A DNA stretch of 38,826 bases, from UHGV virus genome UHGV-0114133. One strand, written 5' to 3'. The translations under genes and the position numbers were made by a program. The notes below the pieces were generated by a model. That model did no database searches. It had not been told where the DNA came from and saw only the letters and a list, made by a program, of their open reading frames with translations. Origin of the DNA: a virus. Positions 36,066-38,826 of the stretch are shown here, piece by piece (positions within the stretch are counted from its first letter, which is position 1; every line of letters starts with the position of its first letter).

Positions 36066-36329
36066 AATATAAATCCTTAGATTAAATTAGAAAATGTATT
36101 TCTTTCTATCGTTGGCGTGTTCGCTTTCGATGTGATTAATTATCAATATGCAAAAATTAAAATCAAGAGTTTTGTTACGCGGGAGCGAAAAAAATTTACT
36201 CAATAAAAATCAAAGTCTTAGAAATAAAACGCGTTTTCTCGAAGGTGTTGCCTAAATAAATTCTCTATTCAGCCAATCACCCTTATATATTTAAATTGGA
36301 ATCGAGTTTGTGGGAAATAAATATAACGG

Positions 36330-36370
36330 GAAGTGACGAATAAAATAATAACCGGACTTAGCCGGTTATT
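36330..36370 (-). terminator. Rho-independent terminator (minus strand)
   Basis: TAACCGGACTTAGCCGGTTA hairpin followed by a T-rich tract on the minus strand. Confidence 0.55.
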
Positions 36371-36382
36371 AACCTTATAGAT

Positions 36383-36691
36383 TTATTGAACAGACTCTAC
36401 AGCCTTACGATTGGTGTCAAATAGCGCATCAACGAACTGTGCCGATGACTCGCTAGATTCGCAATCCAACATTGCCCTTTCTTCATTTGCCACTTTCTTA
36501 CACAGTTCCACATTCTCGCCTATCGCTTTTCCTGCTTTTACGGCTGCCGAAAATTGATACATGCAAACTGATACATTCTGAGACGTTGAGCACACGTCAT
36601 TCATCAGCGACTGAATGACAGGCTTATAGTCCATTGCATTTGCCGTAACTGAGCAAAGTAAAAATAATGGTGGTAACAATATCGATTTCAT
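36383..36691 (-). CDS. small secreted Cys-containing protein with signal peptide (102 aa)
   Basis: MKSILLPPLFLLCSVTANA signal-like N-terminus; five Cys in the mature part. Confidence 0.55.
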   Translation of the reverse strand: MKSILLPPLFLLCSVTANAMDYKPVIQSLMNDVCSTSQNVSVCMYQFSAAVKAGKAIGENVELCKKVANEERAMLDCESSESSAQFVDALFDTNRKAVESVQ

Positions 36692-36694
36692 AAC

Positions 36695-37207
36695 TCAAAA
36701 AGGCAAAATTCGTTCAACCCAATCGAACAAAACAACTATTTTTCTACCGTTCTCGACACGTAGTGTAACCTGACAAGCATCTGCGCCTGCTGACACCCCC
36801 TCAATTTCACGGCCATCCGCCATGTAAACCCTTATAGACTTCTGTGTTTCATGAGCCTGACGACAAATTCTGAAGAAGTCGCGGCGAGATGGTTGGTTGT
36901 TCACGTAGTCCGGATGTATGGTAAGCCTGCCCGTAAAGCCCTCATCTACTTCTGGAGGTATAATCGTTTCTATGGTGCTAACTCTCTCAATAGGAAGACG
37001 AACTCGATGCTCTTTGCTTCCTGGAACGGGAGAAAGATCGAGTTTGTTGCGTGATGGTAGTGTTCCCTGTATGTACATGTTGAACACTTGTCCATCTTCC
37101 ATCGTGACCTTTACAGGAACAGAGCGTGCCCTCCAGAACATCAAGGTATGTTCCACATTCGAATAGTCTCTGGGCCAGACCTCTGCAGGGATGCCATATG
37201 TAACCAT
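36695..37207 (-). CDS. hypothetical protein (170 aa)
   Basis: Co-oriented with and 3 bp upstream of the 36383 gene (operon). Confidence 0.55.
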   Translation of the reverse strand: MVTYGIPAEVWPRDYSNVEHTLMFWRARSVPVKVTMEDGQVFNMYIQGTLPSRNKLDLSPVPGSKEHRVRLPIERVSTIETIIPPEVDEGFTGRLTIHPDYVNNQPSRRDFFRICRQAHETQKSIRVYMADGREIEGVSAGADACQVTLRVENGRKIVVLFDWVERILPF

Positions 37208-37321
37208 AGTCTACCTTTTTATATCTTTTTTAGTCATTATATACATCTATCTGATACGTATACAGACCAACTGTTCTTTCTGCCGAGTTGATATTGTTAA
37301 GCTGATAATGAAATAAGGCTT

Positions 37322-38122
37322 ATGGAGGGTGATGTGAATAAAAAACACGCATTGGGATTATTGGCGGCATCTGTATTGTTAACAGGTTGTGATTCTGCTG
37401 AGGAGCGAGCTATAAATCTTGTTGAAAAGGAAGTTCGTTCTACGCTTTTAGATCCAGATTCGGGCCGGTTCACCAATATGCGAGCGCTTCAGCTAGGTGA
37501 CAATAGTCACTCATATATGGTATGCGGCGAGGTAAATGGAAAAAATGCCTTGAACGCCTATACAGGCGCGACTGAATTTAATGCGTACATCTTTGATATT
37601 CGCGAACGTGAGCCGATAACGATTGTTGCAATGAATAATAGAACTAGCTCATTAAAAGAGAGATTGCTTTTTGAACGACAAAGTCTGGCATGTATTGACA
37701 ATGGCGTGAAACGCTATTTAGAAAAAGAAGATGAATTCAGAAGGGCAAGCGAAAAACGAGATGATTTGAAAAAAACTCCTTTAGGTAAAGCGGTGTTTGA
37801 TGCTGCAAGTGATTCATCATATGTAAGCAGAGAGTTGGGGGAACCGAAGCGTATCCGTGAAGTGTACGCAAGAGAAGACGATAAGCATGCCTTTGTAAGT
37901 GTCACTAATTATGATACTCCCGATTTTTACAAATTCAGGAAGAGCGATAAAGGCGAGCTTGAACCTGTTAAGGGGCTTTCATATACCGGTTACCCCGCAG
38001 CAGTCAAACAGTGCCAATTTGAACAAGTAGACTCTGAAAACTGCATAACAGAAGAAGAAATTAAGTTGCTTCGAAACGAAAAATATAAACTTGACGACTT
38101 CGTAGTCCCGCCAGAAGAATAA
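37322..38122 (+). CDS. lipoprotein (266 aa)
   Basis: Lipobox LLAASVLLTGC with Cys after the signal peptide; charged mature domain. Confidence 0.65.
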   Translation: MEGDVNKKHALGLLAASVLLTGCDSAEERAINLVEKEVRSTLLDPDSGRFTNMRALQLGDNSHSYMVCGEVNGKNALNAYTGATEFNAYIFDIREREPITIVAMNNRTSSLKERLLFERQSLACIDNGVKRYLEKEDEFRRASEKRDDLKKTPLGKAVFDAASDSSYVSRELGEPKRIREVYAREDDKHAFVSVTNYDTPDFYKFRKSDKGELEPVKGLSYTGYPAAVKQCQFEQVDSENCITEEEIKLLRNEKYKLDDFVVPPEE

Positions 38123-38165
38123 ATAATATCATGTGCTGGAATTTATAACCCCAGCATATTGATTG

Positions 38166-38693
38166 TTATTTGTCCAGTGCTTTGTATTTACTCTTAATCA
38201 ATCGCTCTCCCTTGTCGGTGAAAATAAAACCAAATGGCGATTTGCTGTTTCTACGTAACACGCCTTCTTCGATTGCTTCCTTGTTTGGTTGTACAGTTGC
38301 ATTGTCTACCCAACCTACGAGAGCAAGAAAGTTTAGAAGTTTCATGCTTGTTATCCCTATGTCCAAAGCTACATTACTGACGGTGCGACGTGCTCTGCTT
38401 CTAGTTTTAGTTACTTCACTGCTCTTCGGTGTCAAAAATGTATCTAGCGTATTAAAGAATCCCCTTGCGGATTCTGACTTAATAAGACCTGAGTCGCTCA
38501 TATCACATGCAATACGATAAAGAACATTGCTGTTATTCATGAAGGGATAGTTCTCAACAAATCTGACGAACTCTTGTGCATTTTTCTCTCCGCATTTGTA
38601 ATCCAGCGGGTTGTTCACGCGCCAGAAAAAAACGTTGTTGTTTTTTGCATCAAAAATATCAACGAATGGTAGTTCAGTTAAATAATTCATCAT
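38166..38693 (-). CDS. hypothetical protein (175 aa)
   Basis: Long ORF; start codon lies within a 13-bp inverted repeat. Confidence 0.55.
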   Translation of the reverse strand: MMNYLTELPFVDIFDAKNNNVFFWRVNNPLDYKCGEKNAQEFVRFVENYPFMNNSNVLYRIACDMSDSGLIKSESARGFFNTLDTFLTPKSSEVTKTRSRARRTVSNVALDIGITSMKLLNFLALVGWVDNATVQPNKEAIEEGVLRRNSKSPFGFIFTDKGERLIKSKYKALDK

Positions 38694-38826
38694 GTGCTCC
38701 TTTGTGTCTGGACGAGCACATGATGAATTTTAAAAGGAGGGGAAAAAGTGGAAGTTTACGGCAGCCGTTTGAGAATATCGGCCAGATCTTCTTTGGTCAT
38801 ACCCGAGTTTTCGTAAATCTTCATGA

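Noticed and set aside
38694-38826. Tiny ORFs at the 3' window edge (about 22 aa on each strand)
   Set aside because: Too short and truncated by the window end to evaluate.

Overview
This window reads as part of an enterobacterial phage-plasmid-like replicon (resembling the pHCM2/SSU5 type, from memory), with all calls made by eye from the sequence and ORF track; no searches were run. It opens inside an IS3-family insertion sequence (IS911-like right end at 1021). A P1/RepFIB-type replicon follows: repA (2842..3897, minus strand) with about 14 iterons downstream and two tandem origin-like modules upstream, each with iterons, a GATC cluster and a DnaA-box-like site. Next is a recombination and nucleotide-metabolism block: SbcD/SbcC-like nuclease-ATPase, an HNH-AP2 endonuclease, a RuvC-like resolvase, a MazG-like hydrolase, thymidylate synthase, DHFR, a P-loop kinase, a DnaQ-like exonuclease, a second HNH endonuclease, Dam methyltransferase and RNase HI. 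The 3' half is an accessory region: a 567-aa DNA methyltransferase, then roughly 11 single-gene cassettes encoding mostly small acidic proteins, each behind the same leader motif and most followed by a hairpin terminator. The most unusual signals are that cassette array and its dispersed motif (AAACAATTTGTTT core), a second dispersed palindrome (TAGGTAAGTACTTACCTA) at operon boundaries in the metabolism block, a 1.5-kb gene-free segment with strong strand skew and tandem repeats, and an AT-richer island at the 3' end with secreted and lipoprotein genes. No CRISPR array, tRNA or rRNA was recognised.
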